Of a stretch of 18,890 nucleotides of DNA, positions 16,991 through 18,890 are shown in pieces. This stretch comes from an uncultured Pseudomonadota bacterium. GTDB taxonomy: Bacteria > SAR324 > NAC60-12. Where the stretch lies: assembly GCA_913020725.1 (NCBI GenBank), contig CAJWCD010000073.1, positions 1-18,890 on the forward strand, given 5' to 3'. The notes under the pieces were generated by a model that was not told where the DNA came from, did not search any database, and was given only the letters and a program-made list of their open reading frames with translations. Made by a program: the position numbers and the translations under genes. How positions within the stretch are numbered: the stretch's first letter is position 1; each line of letters starts with the position of its first letter.

Positions 16991-17848
16991 ATGAAAGGCG
17001 TCATCCTCGCGGCAGGCTATGCCACGCGCTTCTTGCCCGCGTCCAAGACCATCCCCAAGGAGATGTTCCCGCTCATCGACCGTCCGGCGATCGACTACAT
17101 CGTGCAGGAGATGGTGGATTCCGGGATCACGGACATCCTGCTCGTTTCTTCACGCCGCAAGAAAGTGCTGGAGGATTACTTTGACCGCGAGGTGGAACTC
17201 TCCTCGGCGTTTGCGGAGAGCCAGCAGTCGGAGAAGCTGGAACTCATCCAGCCTTCGCCTGCAAACATCTTCACCCTGCGGCAGCAGCACATGATGGGCA
17301 CGGGTAACGCGCTCATGCTCGTCGAACCGTTTGTGAAAGGCGAGCCGTTTGTGGTCGCCTATCCGGACGATATTGTTTTTGCCAAGCCTCCACTTTGCTG
17401 CCAACTCATCGAGGCGTGGGAACAGACGGGAAACACCATTCTGACCGTACAGTCCCTTCCGGAGGACGAACTTTCCCGCTACGGCGTGATTGACCCGGAA
17501 GCGACGGGGAATCCCATGAAGGTGCGGAAAATGGTGGAAAAACCAAAGCCCGGAACCGCACCCAGCAACTTTGCCACTTACGGGCGTTACCTCTACACTC
17601 CGGAACTCTTTGAGGCACTACGCGCCACGGATCACAGCCACCAACACCAAGGCGAATTTACCCAAACGGAGGCGATTAATCGACTCGCGCAGCAGGGAAA
17701 AGTTTCGGCGGTGGAGATGGTGGGGGAACGCTTTGACGTGGGCGAACCGCTCGGCTACCTGACCTCGATGCTGCGCATGGCCATGCAACGCCCGGAACTG
17801 CGGGAGGCACTGAAGGAAGAGATGCAGAACCTGCTGGCTCAGAGTTGA
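16991..17848 (+). CDS. galU: UTP--glucose-1-phosphate uridylyltransferase
   Basis: ILAAGYATRFLPASKTIPKEM, EDYFD, LRQ...GTGNA, YPDD, YGVI, MVEKP, GRYLYTP. Confidence 0.9.
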   Translation: MKGVILAAGYATRFLPASKTIPKEMFPLIDRPAIDYIVQEMVDSGITDILLVSSRRKKVLEDYFDREVELSSAFAESQQSEKLELIQPSPANIFTLRQQHMMGTGNALMLVEPFVKGEPFVVAYPDDIVFAKPPLCCQLIEAWEQTGNTILTVQSLPEDELSRYGVIDPEATGNPMKVRKMVEKPKPGTAPSNFATYGRYLYTPELFEALRATDHSHQHQGEFTQTEAINRLAQQGKVSAVEMVGERFDVGEPLGYLTSMLRMAMQRPELREALKEEMQNLLAQS

Positions 17849-17861
17849 ACTGCAAGCTGAC

Positions 17862-18341
17862 TCAGGCGTGCAGGGCAAACTGCGAAAGTGCCTGCGCTTC
17901 CAGTTCCTCACGGTTGGGCATGGTGGAATCCGGAAACAGCAACTGCGTTCGGCAACGGGGTTCGCAGTCCGCATCCCACGGGTAGTGACCCTCGTCGTCC
18001 GGCCAGATGATCCGCAGCCTGCCGTTGAGCAGTGGTGTTCCTTCCGGATCGAGTGGATTTGCCGTGACCCAAAGTGCCACATCCTCGGCGACGTCCTCAA
18101 GCAAATCCCCACTCCGGACGCGCTGTCCGTTTTTGACGCGCTGTGCCAGTTCGTTCAGCAGAGCGGTCCCCAAAGCTTCGGGCAGGCCCAGCACCTCAAA
18201 ATCCGGATGCTGGTAGCTCCAGTGCAAGCCCAGCGTGTGGATGAAGTCCACATCGTGATACAAGGTGGACAGCACTGTCCAACCGTACCGCCGGAGGTCT
18301 TCCCGGATTTTTCGAGAAACGATGCGCGGGTTTGTTTCCAT
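17862..18341 (-). CDS. DUF4262-like protein
   Basis: YGW, FIHTLGL...HPDFEVLGL, LLN...RV..G and IWPDDEGHYPW fit the DUF4262 pattern. ATG 18341 is preferred; the upstream 72 codons of the track ORF do not look like protein. Confidence 0.75.
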   Translation of the reverse strand: METNPRIVSRKIREDLRRYGWTVLSTLYHDVDFIHTLGLHWSYQHPDFEVLGLPEALGTALLNELAQRVKNGQRVRSGDLLEDVAEDVALWVTANPLDPEGTPLLNGRLRIIWPDDEGHYPWDADCEPRCRTQLLFPDSTMPNREELEAQALSQFALHA

Positions 18342-18374
18342 GCAGTTTGATCTTCGTTCAGGTGAGCGAACCCA

Positions 18375-18391
18375 TGAAAGATACATGCCAG
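18375..18391 (-). promoter_or_regulatory. Possible sigma54 (-24/-12) promoter of the DUF4262 gene
   Basis: Minus strand reads CTGGCATGTATCTTTCA versus consensus TGGCAC-N5-TTGC(A/T). Spacing is correct, but the conserved GC is TC; ~35 nt upstream of the ATG. Confidence 0.3.
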
Positions 18392-18570
18392 TTTCCCTCC
18401 TGCAACGCTTGCCCCACGCCTCTAGGCCGGGATTGCGGGAGGCACTGGAATTTGGCGCAGGATGCTGCTCGTGCAGTGAAAGCGCCTTGCTGGACTCCGG
18501 AAAGACGGAAAGACAACCTCCACGGCACAAGCCAAAAGCCACAAACTTCAAGACCATCCACAGATAAAAG

Positions 18571-18591
18571 ACCTCGAACCTCGAACCTCCT
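18571..18591. repeat. Short heptamer tandem repeat
   Basis: ACCTCGA ACCTCGA ACCTCCT. Confidence 0.55.
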
Positions 18592-18680
18592 TCCTTGCCA
18601 CTTGCTACACAAAAAGCAATCCCGAACGGGGATACTCAAGGGAGGAGGTCCGTGAACAAAGCCCATTGTATCATCAATCC

Positions 18681-18702
18681 ATCGCAAAACACACATGAGC
18701 CG
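18681..18702. repeat. Partial second copy of the right arm of the 5006-5106 element
   Basis: ATCGCAAAACACACATGAGCCG versus ACCTCAAACTACACATGAGCCG (5081-5102): 18/22, with the last 12 identical. TCATCAAT also occurs in both loci (18671 and 5046). Confidence 0.55.
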
Positions 18703-18890
18703 TTCTGCTTACCCTTCCAGAGCATGAAATGACGGGACGCCGATTCCGGTACTCTACCACTCCCTGATTTCCAGTGAGGCCTTCTCATGCGGAGACGTGG
18801 GCTTGCCAAGGTTGATGGTCTCGCAAGAACCCAAGGGCACCGACTTCTGAAAAAATTCGGATACTCAGAACGCCGCAGGTTGAACGAAAA

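Noticed and set aside
18342..18890. c-di-GMP riboswitch, tRNA or DnaA-box cluster in the long spacer
   Set aside because: No GGCAAAC...GACGCAAAG core, no cloverleaf or T-loop, and only a 2-mismatch DnaA-like 9-mer.

Overview
Bacterial chromosomal window, mostly housekeeping genes; the gene style suggests a SAR324/deltaproteobacteria-like organism (inference only). From left to right: (1) a probable mosaic first ~930 bp, containing the 5' part of a high-GC exported M28-peptidase-like gene, a DUF2062 gene missing its last helix, and the 3' end of a secreted caspase-family (C14) gene; (2) fbaA; (3) a co-directional plus-strand run: small membrane protein, strongly diverged PurD-like ATP-grasp ligase, UbiE/MenG methyltransferase, lipoprotein, CoA-binding protein, MetY and an AEC transporter; (4) a minus-strand unit rlmB-fliJ-motE-fliK-flgD-flgE, in which fliJ is coupled to rlmB rather than fliI; (5) ligA, galU and a DUF4262 gene; (6) a ~550-bp tail with no recognisable gene. 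The best candidates for novelty are the PurD paralogue with remodelled substrate motifs and a set of intergenic elements: 7-10-nt periodic repeats, some forming palindromes, and a ~100-nt hairpin with a second partial copy. I saw no rRNA, tRNA, CRISPR array or transposase.
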